From Pinctada imbricata (Eukaryota): a stretch of 64,000 nucleotides of DNA. The notes under the pieces are model-generated. The model ran no database searches. It was not told the origin of the DNA and saw nothing but the letters and a program-made list of their open reading frames with translations. Numbering within the stretch: position 1 is the first letter of the stretch; each line of letters opens with the position of its first letter. Location of the stretch: assembly GCA_033119305.1 (NCBI GenBank), contig VSWD01000007.1, forward strand, positions 57,730,741 through 57,794,740, read 5' to 3'. The translations under genes and the position numbers were made by a program. Shown in pieces: positions 14,196 through 26,099 of this stretch.

Positions 14196-16599
14196 ACCTA
14201 TAGGCCTCTGTGCCACAGTACTAAATGTACTAACATCGTTGTCAAGGTGACTGATTACACCATATACAGTCACTTCTGGCTCTCTGCCAATCTTTACAAA
14301 ATGTGGATTGTATCTAAAAAGAAATTTGACAATAAAATTACATGTATCAATTTCCTAGATTTTTTTTTCCAAATTATGAAATTAAATACATTCATTTAAA
14401 TTGATCTCCAAGCTGTTGTTTCATCTTTTCCCTTTTTATTATTTCTCAATGCTCTGAGAGCAAAAGAAATTGGTAACAAGTTTTAAACTTTAAGTATCAC
14501 TAAACTCGTTAAAAAGAAAACTGAAGTGTTCCCATTCAAACTTCAATTTGAATTTTTCTCCTCATATGATTTTTTCAGCTTTAATTTAACACAACAGTTT
14601 AGAAATTACTAGTAAGTTATAACTTTATCACATTTTTAAATCGATATTGAAAACAAATTATGGGCAGGTATAGCAGAAATCATTACTAAAGCATGTAAAA
14701 TAATGTACACTAGTTCACTTAACCATAAACACATTATCAATGGAAAGGTAACAAAGCTTTATAGACCAGTAAATAGAGCAAATCATCAGGATATTTTTAT
14801 ATAGGGATGTCAAATGTATTTATGATAAATACTAGTACATGTACACATGCGAGTGCAGGGTCATGTCTTGTAAATATATCTTTTCTGTAAAGTATCAATC
14901 ATATGACAAAATATACATGTAGATGAAAGTATTTTAAAAATAGCACATACACAACTTGCAACATCAAAGAATTTTACCTCCAGATATTTAACAGATAAAG
15001 CCAAAATCTGCACACATTAGTTTCTTAATCAAACAATACTCAGAGCATTAAACAGTCCTCTAGAAGTAAATCCTAACAAATCAAACCTGCTAGGTTATTT
15101 TCTACTTTCTTCGGGTAGATAATTAGGTAACACCTCATACGTAAAATTCTTTATATCAAAGCAAGAGTAAATCTCTACAATAACCATTTTTCATAACAAT
15201 TAAATACCAACAGAATTACCTGTTACGAAAACCAATGCTTACATTGCTACTGAAATATATTAAAAATATTCCCGAATTTGTAAATTGCAGCAAAATCGAA
15301 ATAGACGACAGATTTTATTTGTACGTCAACTTCTATGCTAAATCACCATAATTTATATGCACCAGTAATCTTTAGATACAGAATGACACCGTACAATATT
15401 ATAGTCAGCCATATTTTTATACACAGGAAGCTGAAGTGACACTACTCAGGAAGGCCTATCACACACTCTCATTATACCTCTCCCACTAGTCAATACTTGG
15501 AAAACTCTAGTGTGTCTTAAACATATATACTCAAATTTCTTCTCTATCAGAATTGTCAACACAAGTTTACAGATATAAAGCTGATAATTCAAAATTAGGA
15601 AATTGATGAAATATCTATCTAGCTGATATCAGTACTTAATCTGCAAATAATCTGACTGATAGTGATAAGTAGTTAGAAGTAAAAGAGTGAATAAGATTAC
15701 CAAATAAAGAGAGTTTATCATTCAGAAACTAAAATACCTCTGGTAGAGTTCTATAAATCTTAAAGAATTTTGCCTTTGAACTTTTTTTTTTTTGGTCAAA
15801 TTTCATACATGTTACGAAATCAAAAATCTAATCAAATTTAATCAAAAGCAGATGAAAAGGAAATAATCTGATATGGTTGTTTAATCATGATTATAAATAG
15901 AAGATGCCTGATCTATATACTAGTTGATTTGAATTTGCTACTTGGAATTTGCTTCCTGCTGAAAGATGTCTCATAGCAATAAAAAGAAAAGTGTAGCATT
16001 TCAGAAGAAATAATAATGCAGTTAGAGGGAACTCATTAACTGTAACATGATAAACAGAAATCAATAAAGGACAAGGGGTATCCTAAATACTGTATGAAGA
16101 TACAGGCAAGGTTAAGGTTGTTAGTTTCTTAAAATTTGGATTAAACTTTGAGGTCAATTATACATTCAACAAACATGGTAACAAATGTAAAGGTTTTTCA
16201 CAAGGATTTTATGTACCAAGTAATGTTTTTCTCAGGGATTTTATATACCATGTATGAAATTCACACATACCACATATAGATGAGCAGAAAGGACCTAGAC
16301 AGAAATTCTTTAAAGAGGGTCAATGATATAGTAAAGATCAAAACATCAACGTTCAGAGGCTGAGCAGTAAATTTAAGACCTTATCATGAAGAATATATGA
16401 TCAGAATATCAAAGCCATGGCACAATAGTATTAAATACAAAATCAAGGCTGTACATAGATAGATAGACATAGATGGATAGACAAACAATGGATGGAAAAT
16501 AATGGCTTCATAAAATAGATATAGACCCATTATATTGGTCTTGTCATGACGTATTGTAGTTTGAAATATCTAAGCCCTATCCCTTATTATAGTTCAAAA

Positions 16600-16880
16600 G
16601 ATATTGCCCAAGTTTAAGTTTTTTAGAAGTAGATCAAAGTGCAAGGTCACTGGAAATAAAGACATGTGATCAAATGAAAGATCTGGTCATGAAAAATCTA
16701 CATGTGAAATATCAAAGCCCTATCACATATATCCTGGGTTTAAGTTTTTATAAAAGAAAGTCAAATGTCTGGATCAAAAGATATGTGATCAAATGTAAGC
16801 TCTGGTCATGAGGAATCTACATGTGAAATATCAAAGCCTATAGTTCATGAGATATGGCCCAGGTTAAAGTGTTGTTGATA
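16600..16880 (+). repeat. BIV160-like tandem subunits, 2-3 units
   Basis: Repeated block tctggtcatga-gaatctacatgtgaaatatcaaagcc. The same consensus occurs at 100-320 and 27960-28030. Confidence 0.5.
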
Positions 16881-17065
16881 CAACTGACGACATAGTTAAT
16901 GAAGAGTAAAGTATAATTACAGTACAGGAAGAGATAAAAGTAGTGTTGATAGAGGATGTAATACAGTATAGCTTTATAAGTAAACATAAGCAATCAGGAT
17001 GTAATACTTGTATCATAGATACATGATGCGAAATTCTACTTGAATAACCTGAAAATTTCATGATC

Positions 17066-17262
17066 TTACTCTCTGAGCAGATTGGCAAGTTGTGTGTAGC
17101 CCTCTTCCTCAGCTAAGTCCTGAGGCAGGTAACCATGACGATTTGGTATCCTCACTGCCTCTATGCTTCCTGGTTTGTCCAGGAGGAATGATGTCACTTT
17201 GTACAAACCAAGTCTGGCAGAAAAGTGAAGTAATGTTTCTCTGGAAGGCTGATCTGTGAACA
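17066..17262 (-). CDS. Terminal coding exon of a host gene. It encodes one ankyrin repeat and an acidic tail, then a stop.
   Basis: Acceptor ttatgtttacag|tg. Peptide (V)FTDQPSRETLLHFSARLGLYKVTSFLLDKPGSIEAVRIPNRHGYLPQDLAEEEGYTQLANLLRE*. Ankyrin-like pattern TLLHFSAR-G-vtsfLLdkpGs---NrhGylP-DLA. Confidence 0.5.
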
Positions 17263-17449
17263 CTGTAAACATAACATATATCATTCTATCTATCTACTAT
17301 TATCATAAGAATAATCAAATTGTCAAAGTGCATGTAATAATAATTATTTTTCATTCGATCTTAAGTACTTGGAAGGATGGTAAAAAAATATCTGTATCAT
17401 AGTAATCTGCTATTAATGACTAGATGATAGATGCAGCATTATATGACCA

Positions 17450-17840
17450 TCTGTCTATGTAACACACTTTTCAAACAAGACCAGGTATGTCACCTGTCAC
17501 ATGTTTGACCCTAAAAATGTGACCTTGCACTTCATGAAGTTCAAGGTGATCTTGACTCTAATTGGGTTTACTTGACCATCCCTAAAAGAATGATGGAAAC
17601 AATTTATTTGAAATTGATGCACATACTACCAAACAGATGGACAGACTCATAGATGGACAGATAGACAGACAACTAAGCACTGCACAAAATTATCCCTACA
17701 TGTAGCCCCTGCATTGCAGGCGACATAAAAGATCAATATTGCATTATATGTTCTAAAGTAATAAATTTTGTGCACCATATGTGCATTTTAGGTCATGAAA
17801 ACTATAAGTCCCCTCCGGCGAGCTGGTAGGGGACTAATAA
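17450..17840 (+). repeat. HINE/pearl-like unit ending in a 3' hairpin (agtcccctccggcgagctggtaggggact), lying in the intron between the two ankyrin-gene exons
   Basis: (gaca/gatg)n at ~17640-17690; tail cccctgcattgcaggcgacataaaag; hairpin at 17808-17836. Confidence 0.45.
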
Positions 17841-18094
17841 CAAGTACTATTCAATGATCAGGAATTATTACCAATTTTGCTTATTTCTGATTGGTGGAGA
17901 CGCTGTTTGATCGAGTGTACCTCAGAGTGAGTTGACCGCTAACGCTCCAAAGCAGTCTATTGGGGATAAGCGCGAGCATGACCAGCGCGTGTGTTGATTT
18001 TTGTAGTGTTAGATCTTTGACTTCGCATATCATTACAATGCAAACGTTAATAAAATCCTGACAATTTAATAAAGCAGTTATTGATTTTTGATTT

Positions 18095-18237
18095 CGGTCT
18101 ACTCGTGACCATACAGACCTGGTTAGGCATTGGTTAACCTCGGCCTTTGGCCTCGGTCAACCAATACCTGACCACCAGACCCTCGGCCTCAGTCAACCAA
18201 TACCTGACAAGGTCTGTATAGTCACAAGTAGACCTCA
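18095..18237. repeat. MITE-like palindromic element: 27-bp inverted repeats around a short tandem (cctcggcc-tcaaccaatacctgac) core
   Basis: cggtctactcgtgaccatacagacc ... ggtctgtatagtcacaagtagacc. Confidence 0.4.
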
Positions 18238-18285
18238 TCAAAAGTCAATAATTGTATAAAGTAAGCACACAAAGACTCCCCTTAC

Positions 18286-18582
18286 CTCTTGGTGATGAAG
18301 GACCTAGCATATGCCACCAGTCCGGAATGTTGAGGTATTTTAAAGCAGCATGAAGTCTATCATCCAAAGTGTCCAAGAGTTCATTGGAAAGGTCAAAGTT
18401 CTCTGAACGGATAAGTTCAAGGTCATCTAAAGCTGATATGTTGTAAACACTTTCCACAAGAAACTCAGCTAAGTAATACGCGGAATCAAAATAAAAACAA
18501 AAAGATGTTGTTGCTATGGCACTGAGGTCATCACCATGGAGACTGTAGATGGTCAAATGGACAGTTTCTGAGTCACCATGGG
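18286..18582 (-). CDS. Penultimate coding exon of the ankyrin-repeat gene
   Basis: Acceptor ttgctcttcag|cc and donor ccaagag|gtaagg. Encodes HGDSETVHLTIYSLHGDDLSAIATTSFCFYFDSAYYLAEFLVESVYNISALDDLELIRSENFDLSNELLDTLDDRLHAALKYLNIPDWWHMLGPSSPR. The exon ends in phase 1 and the downstream exon begins with 2 nt, giving a clean GTG codon at the junction. Confidence 0.5.
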
Positions 18583-19129
18583 CTGAAGAGCAAATATCAA
18601 AGAAGTGTAAGTTATAAATGTAACACAAACAGGGTAAGTCATGAATGTAAAACAAATATTCATTTAAAACGTCAGTAGAAAACTTTGGTTTCTTTTTTCC
18701 AATTTTCTTTTTTATTGGGAGAACAGAAAGAATAGAATTGGCAAAACTGTACACAGATACAAATTACATATTCACATTAGTGTTTTATCAAAATTTTTAC
18801 AGGTAAAAGTCTGTTTAGATATACCTATCATATATTAAGCTTAAATGTATTCTTTAAGAGAAGGAAATAGCCATGCTCACCACTATCCTCTGTAAAAACA
18901 GATTATTTTTTTCATTATACACGCCCTTCTTGAATATGAATGAAACATATGAGACTGCTCCATTTCATATTAAATTCACACAACAGACACTACATACAGG
19001 GTACCGTATGACGCTGAGCCAGGTCTGAGCCATGTCTCATAAACAGTATAACAAAGGTCACCTTGAAATACAATACTAGCTGTGCACAGATGCAAGATGT
19101 CTGTTTTAATTTCAGTTTGTAAAGTCGCA

Positions 19130-19390
19130 CTAATAATCAAACCCCTGGATTTGTCACTATAAGCAAATTGCTGTGTCCAATAAGGATATTTCAATAAGTA
19201 CTTGAAACTAGTTCCTGGATTTGTCACTTATCTGAAACGTTATGAATTTAAAATAGTTCAACACCTGGATTTGTCATTGCACCTGAATTGTTGTGCTCCA
19301 TAATGTCATTATAAAAGTTTCACCCCTGGATTTGTCACTGTATATGAAATGCTTCGTGTCCCACAGAGTTATTATACCTGGGTATCAGAG
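19130..19390. repeat. ~62-bp tandem repeat, 4 units, containing cccctggatttgtcact
   Basis: Four spaced copies of cctggatttgtca(c/t)t with similar flanks. Confidence 0.6.
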
Positions 19391-19739
19391 TTTTCAGCTG
19401 TTATTATTCAGACATTGATTTTTGTGCAATTATCAAAACATGACAAAAAGTACAATTGCTACAAAAAGCTCGCTACATTTACACTACCTAAGAGGGCTTT
19501 AAAAAGATCTATTAATAGTTACATTTTTCGAATTGTGAATGTTAAAAAGTTTAAAATAATGTTATTGTATAGTTTTTCGATTTAAAACAACAAAAAAAGT
19601 TTTACTATTCATTCCTTCCAAAACTACGCTTCTGATTTATTCCATTAGACTTGAGAATGGTTAGAATTGGAGATAGGTAATGATTTTACACTTTTAAATC
19701 AAATCAGTATTAAAATACCCATTTGATTTTCAAATGTTA

Positions 19740-19968
19740 TTAAGGATTCCGACTATTCCGTCGGAATCCTTTCTGTTATTGCAATGTCTTTTCTTTATTC
19801 TTATTATTAAGGATTCCGACTACTCCGTCGGAATCCTTTCTGTTATTGCAATGTCTTTTCTTTATTCTTATTATTAAGGATTCCGACTACTCCGTCGGAA
19901 TCCTTTCTGTTATTGCAATGTCTTTTCTTTATTCTTATTATTATTATTATTATTATTATTTTTATTCT
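19740..19968. repeat. 61-bp tandem repeat, 3 units. Each unit carries a 10-bp-stem hairpin GGATTCCGAC(n6)GTCGGAATCC. Followed by (ATT)8.
   Basis: Three near-identical copies of taaggattccgactactccgtcggaatcctttctgttattgcaatgtcttttctttattcttattat, then attattattatt. Confidence 0.85.
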
Positions 19969-19970
19969 TA

Positions 19971-22647
19971 CCCCCTCATCATTTCCAGACAATTTATTCA
20001 AAGGTCTTTTAACAGAGAGCAAAAGGGATAGTACCATCAGAAAGAGCATTACAAGATCTTCTTTAACTATTTTTTGTTTGTCGATAAGTTCAGCAATGCC
20101 CCCGCTGGAGCTCATCAAAGGTCAAATCTTTAAACACTTATAACTCCTAAACTAACCGTACGATTTGGACGAAATTTGTTTTAAAATATTCTTTGGGAAA
20201 ATTGGAAACTTTTATACGCTTACATGCTCGATAAAATATTTACGGTTTACGCGCTATTCCAAGTTGAAAATGGAACTTTAAATTGGCACAGTGCCAATTT
20301 CTACAGTTTTTGAGATTTTGAGTTGAAACTTGGATGGTAGGCTACTAATAGGTAGTCATTGATGATGACCTAGTTTCGAGGTCACATTACGATTCTCAAG
20401 GTCACAACAAACTTTTGCCTATAGAACAAAGACTATTTGACCTTGACAGTTCAAACTTCATAAATACAATCATTGAGTCAAGCCCTTTCACCTTGACCTT
20501 GGCCCAAGGTCAAATTTTGATTCTCAAGGTCACAACAAACTTTTGCCTATAGAACAAAGACCATTTGACCTTGAGAGTTCAAACTTGGTGCAAATATTTC
20601 TTGCATCAAGTCCTTTCACCTTGACCTTGACCCAAGGTCATTTGTTTTATTTCAAGGTTACAACAGACTTTTGTCGATAGAATATTGAGCTTTGGTTAGA
20701 TTAAGAGGACTCATGATGAGAATAAATTCAAATGCTTATCTTTTATCCATGACCTTGGTTAAAGGACAAATTAACTTTTTCAAGGTCATAACAAACATTT
20801 ACTCTTGTAGAATACACAGGATTTTGTCCTTAACTATTTATTCTTCACACAAGTAGTACTTCTTATTTGAACTTTACATAGTAAGATAGATAACTCTTAT
20901 ATTCTTGTTCTCTGTTTCTTTCTTTTTTATTCTTAGTAGAGTTTCATGTTGATGTCATTTTCTATTAATAGAAGTTATCTCATTGCAAAATCATTGTGCA
21001 ATTCTTTTTTGAGAAAGTCATTGTAAAGGATTAGATATTGATTGTGCATGGAATTTAAAGCTTTCGTAAACATGAAAGGTATTTATCATTTTTTTCTTCT
21101 ATTTTGTTGATAAATAAATAAGAGTCCCAAATTAGACATAAGCTCTTTTGACTCATTTGCTGAAGTTAATAAGGTACTAAAGCAACCATTCTTTTTTCCG
21201 TCTTCTTTATTCGGATTTTAGCACTTCAGTTCCGAGGAAGGTCTAATAAAGGAGGAATCCGTCTGTTGCTTGCAACAGTAGCCATCTAGTTATTCTTATT
21301 ATTATTATTTTTATTCTTACCCCCTCATCATTTCCAGAGACTTTATTCAAAGGTCTTTTAACACAGAGCAAAAGGAATGGTACCATCAGAAAGAGCATAC
21401 CAAGATCTTCTTTAACTATTTTTTGTTTGTCGATAAGCTCACCAATGCCCCCGCTGGAGGTCATCAAAGGTCAAATCTTTAAACACTTATAACTCCTAAA
21501 CTAACCGTACGATTTGAACGAAATTTGTTTTAAAATGTTCTTTGGGAAAATTGTAAACTTTTATACGCTTATATGCTGGATAAAACCTTTACGGTTTTCG
21601 TGCTATTTTGAGTTGAAAATGGAACTTCAAATTGGCACAGTGCCAATTTCTACAGTTTTTGAGATTTTGAGTTGAAACTTTGATAGTATGTTACTTTTAG
21701 GTGGTCATTTAATGTTGACCTACTTTCAAGGTCAAATTTTTATTCTCAAGGTCACAACAAACTTTTGCCTATAAAACAAAAACTATTTGACCTTCATAGT
21801 TCATACTTTACACATATAATGCTTGGGCCCAGCTCTTTCACCATGACCTTGACCCAAGGTCAAATTCTCATTCTCAAGGTCACAACGAACTTTAATCTAT
21901 AATACAAAGACCGTTTGACCTTAGGAGTTCAAACTTTACACAAATATTCCTTGCATCAAACCCTTTCACCATGACCTTGACCCAAGGTCATTTGTTCGAT
22001 TTCAAGGTCATAACAGACTTTGTTTGATTAGATATTTAGCTTTGCTCAGATTAAAATCAATCGTGATGAGAATAATCACAATACTTATTTTTCATACAAG
22101 ACATTGGTTCAAGGTCAAATAATCATTCTCAATGTCGTAACAATCATTTACTCTTGTAGAATTAACACTTTTTGTCCTATACTATTTATTCTTTACACAA
22201 GTAGTCCTTCTTATTTGAACTTAATATAGTATAAGAAAGACAACTCTTTTCTTCTTGTTCACTGTTTCTTTTTTTTCTTAGTAGAATTACATATCTGTAC
22301 TTTCATGTTGTTGTCATTCTCTATTAATAGAAATTATCTCATTACAAAATCATTGTGCAATTCTGTTTTGAGAAAGTAATTGTAAAAGATCTGATATTGA
22401 TAGAGCATGGAATTTAAAGCTTTCGTAAAAATGAAAGGTATTTATTATTGTTTTCTTCTATTTTGTTGATAAATAAGAGTCCCAAATTAGACATAAGCTC
22501 TTTTGACTCATTTGCTGAAATGAATATGGTACTAAAGCAAGTATTTCTTTTTTCCATCTTTTTTTTTTCGGATTTTAACACTTCAGTTCCGAGGAAGGTC
22601 TATTAAAGGAGGAATCCGTCTGTTGCTTGCAACAGTAGCCATCTAGT
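19971..22647 (+). repeat. Tandem duplication of a ~1.35-kb unit (copy 1 19971-21319, copy 2 21320-22647, ~90% identity). Each copy contains ~120-bp AGGTCA sub-repeats.
   Basis: ccccctcatcatttccaga begins each copy and ggaggaatccgtctgttgcttgcaacagtagccatctagt ends it. Internal tcaaggtcacaacaaacttttgcctatagaacaaagac sub-repeats occur about three times per copy. Confidence 0.85.
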
Positions 22648-23399
22648 ATTATCTTTGTTTTTATTACCCAGGCAAACGATCACTGTCCAACTTTATATAA
22701 TCAAAATGTTTGGAATGCTAGGATTTTTTTTAAGATAGTTAACTTTATAAAACGATGGACAGACGAACGCCGGACAGTTTGTGTGTTTTATTGTCCAGGC
22801 AAAATCTTTGTTCAAACTTTATGAATATCTGATTTATAAAACAAGCGCACTATGAACGACTGCTATTCCTATAAAACCCTCTCTTTTTATATCCAACACG
22901 TACTACATACCTGGAATCACAGATTTTATCACAGTGTCGCCAAGGCAACTGGTTGCTATAGTGATATGTCGCTGATATTTTCCTTCAAATACAAGAAAGA
23001 TTGGTCCCGGGGGGAGGGGTTGGTCTTGTCGGAAGGTCAGCGTCCCGCCGCCCTGCAGGTAGAAATGTTGATCAATACCCTACAGTGGATGCGTTATCTA
23101 GCATGCCCTCGAAATGTTTACTTTTAGTTTCATACTTGTTTGTATAGTAAACAGAACTGTTTATTGATATAAATCAATACTCATGCCTCGCGGGTATTAT
23201 GGAGAATACTCGAACTTAAGGACTTTTGGGGTATCTTACATGGAATGCATCAATATAAATCCTTTGAAGTGTTCCAAGAGCCCTTAAAGCCAGTGAAACG
23301 GTATAGTAATGTTGCTCTAACATGCTCTACTACACTTTCAATAGTATCTAAACTGATCAAGAATAGTTGCGTTTATATTTGACAATGTCAGTGATAATT

Positions 23400-23590
23400 G
23401 ATTGACCTTGAATGTGACCTAGATCTTCATTGAATATTGAGTATCGTCCCTGCAAGTATGATGGGAGTACAATGTACATCAAGTAAGTTATGGCCACTTA
23501 TGTGACAACAGCACAGACGGACAGACGTCGGAAAGGTGATCCTTTTATGTCTCCCTTGCGTTGCAGGCGACATAGAAAGCATTGTATTTG
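23400..23590 (+). repeat. HINE/pearl-like unit tail: TGACCT modules, (acag/gacg)n, conserved tail cccttgcgttgcaggcgacat
   Basis: cagcacagacggacagacgtcggaaaggtgatccttttatgtctcccttgcgttgcaggcgacatagaaagc. Confidence 0.45.
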
Positions 23591-25892
23591 ATAAAACAAA
23601 ATTCACTACACTTACATAGACCGGAGATTCAGTAGGTGAAAACGCCATCCAGCATGTCTTTCTGAAAGAACGAAAGAAAGATAAGATTTTGTCTTTCATG
23701 TGGCTTAAAGAATTTTTCATTTTGACATTTTCACAACAATGTCAAACGGACAGAAGACACCTTATGACATACATGAAGGTTTTGACTTCTAATGCTCACA
23801 ATGCAAATTACGTGTTTAGTACAGTATATGGGGAAAAATCCGGAAAAGAATATCAAGATTAAATGTGATTATAATCATGTGCATTTATAAATATACTAGT
23901 AAGCAACCTAAATATCATGCTAAAATCATACAGGAATACCTACCATTCAAACCGACAGCATCAACATGTGGAATGTGACATCATTATAATAATTAACACA
24001 TTCACATCCAAATCTTATTTTGATTTCATATCACGACGGCACTTGACTGAAATCAACAATATGTAATACAGACATCATCCACTTACAATCATACTTCCGA
24101 CTGTCAGTTACTTCACATGGTTACAGATATGTCACACACACACTGACACTTCAAAACATTTGACGAACTCTCAAATTCTACTAATTTTTATCTGCAATGT
24201 CCGCTTTATTTCAGTTAATTAGTCCATGAAGGGAAAGTCCGTCACAACACACACAACATCTTGTCCTACATGTATCCTTTGTTGATCAAGGTTTGCCAGT
24301 GTACGGAAATCGTACATAAATAAAGCCAAAGATGTTTCTAATATGTTAATAAGGTTAATCTGAGGTTGACATAAGAGATATGTGAATTTGAGTGGCACAA
24401 CGACTATAAAGGTAACTTATTCCTATTACCTTTACTTTTAAAGTTCGGATTTACACTAGAGTGATTTTTACAAATCACACCAACATTTCGTAATCCCATA
24501 TGCCAGGAGCGTACCTATTGGCAGTGAAAACATCATAAAGTATTCAAAAAGGTTCTTGCAAATTTATAGTTGGTTTTCTGCAAGTTAAGGGCGATTATGA
24601 TGATAAACAGATCGGCATTTAAAGTTCGTCCTTCATACAACGTAAAAAAGAGCAAGTGGGTGAGAAGTCAAGTGTGAAGGAAACTTATCCCCATCCCCCC
24701 TCTTTCAGAGTCAAGCTAACGAGAATTGTGTGGAAAGGGTGTTTGTGTCTTACATTTACAAGCACCTCTTACAAATTGCAGAGATTTCAGTAACGGCAAA
24801 GACCTCTTTATTGTGATAACTGACATCCAAATGAAGTTTTCAAAATTTCTTAAATAGGTACTCAAAGTGCCTCAGTAACCCCCCCCCCCTCTTCCTATTA
24901 CTTCTGTCCCTTCAATAAGCTTATATACTTATCCTTATCACTTCATCTGCTGTTCAAGCACGACTTTTCATATGCAATCAAAACACAAGTTTACCGAAAT
25001 AAGATTGTGACTAAGGAGAAAGTAAATATAGTGACAAGGAGTTATTCAAATCATTTAAATACTGTAGTACATTACATTTCTGAGGGTACAACCTTACAGA
25101 CGCTCTTGTTTACATGAAAGAAAAAACTCAACACTTTCAGCGAGAGACCAGAGTTAATCTTTACATACTTCATTCATTGTACATCACATAGTAGTACTGT
25201 ACAATGTACATTTTTGAAGAGCATGAAAAAAACTATCTTTATAATAAAACTGTCCATAGAGCATTTGTACACACACAAAGAGCTTTATCAAGGCCACAGG
25301 TCAAAAGAACAAGGTCAAAACTTTTTTTGCGCCAGCATCATCTTGTTTGTAGGATACCTGTGTATGTAAAAACTCTAGTCCACGATCTTCATAATTGCCT
25401 TGGAGCATAGCGACCTTGAACATAAGGGAAAATATAATGATTTGTTTCAACGACAAAGGTCACGGTAAAAGTGTAATAAATCAGGAAAATGGAATTGGCC
25501 TTGATTCAATGACTGTAATTTCCAATGTGTACCTCCGTATGAAAACTATTTTTAAATCCATCAGTCTGAAGCAAAAATTATATTAGATATAATTCAAATT
25601 TATGCAAAAAGAGAAAAAGTAATGGTCATCACAAAATTTTACTTTTTCTCCTCGCCCTGACCTTGATATAAAAGATATGATCTTGGGTCAGGGTTATTCC
25701 GCTATACCCTTTCATACTTGTTTATGGTGTCCAATTCATTAAAAATCTAATTTGATCAAAATGTTTTGAAACTTTGTGTATAGGAGAAGGCATGATCTTT
25801 CACATGAAGTATGTACAGCATCTACAGGGTAACAGGTTTTCATATCTTTTTACACATATTTTAGAAATTATGAATTAGGGTAGGGGGCATCC

Positions 25893-25965
25893 TCAGAAAC
25901 CCAGGCTCATTTGCGTTGAGATAAGAGTGAGCGCAATCGAGCCTGGGTTTTCGAGGATGGGTAGG
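25893..25965. repeat. Imperfect 28-bp-stem hairpin
   Basis: ggcatcctcagaaacccaggctcatttgcg ... cgcaatcgagcctgggttttcgaggatg. Confidence 0.5.
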
Positions 25966-26099
25966 GGTCACATACCCACATCTGTTAATGCTGTAGGTCT
26001 AGTAAACAATATAAGAGACCAAACCGTTTCAGCTAAGTGCTTCAGATTTGAAACGTAAATTAACCTGAAGAAAATAGGTACATCGCCTCAAGCTCTTTC

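Noticed and set aside
19843-21467. Conserved small minus-strand ORFs MMSSSGGIAELIDKQKIVKEDL... in both duplicated units
   Set aside because: Conservation is explained by the recent 1.35-kb tandem duplication. No splice signals or known domain.
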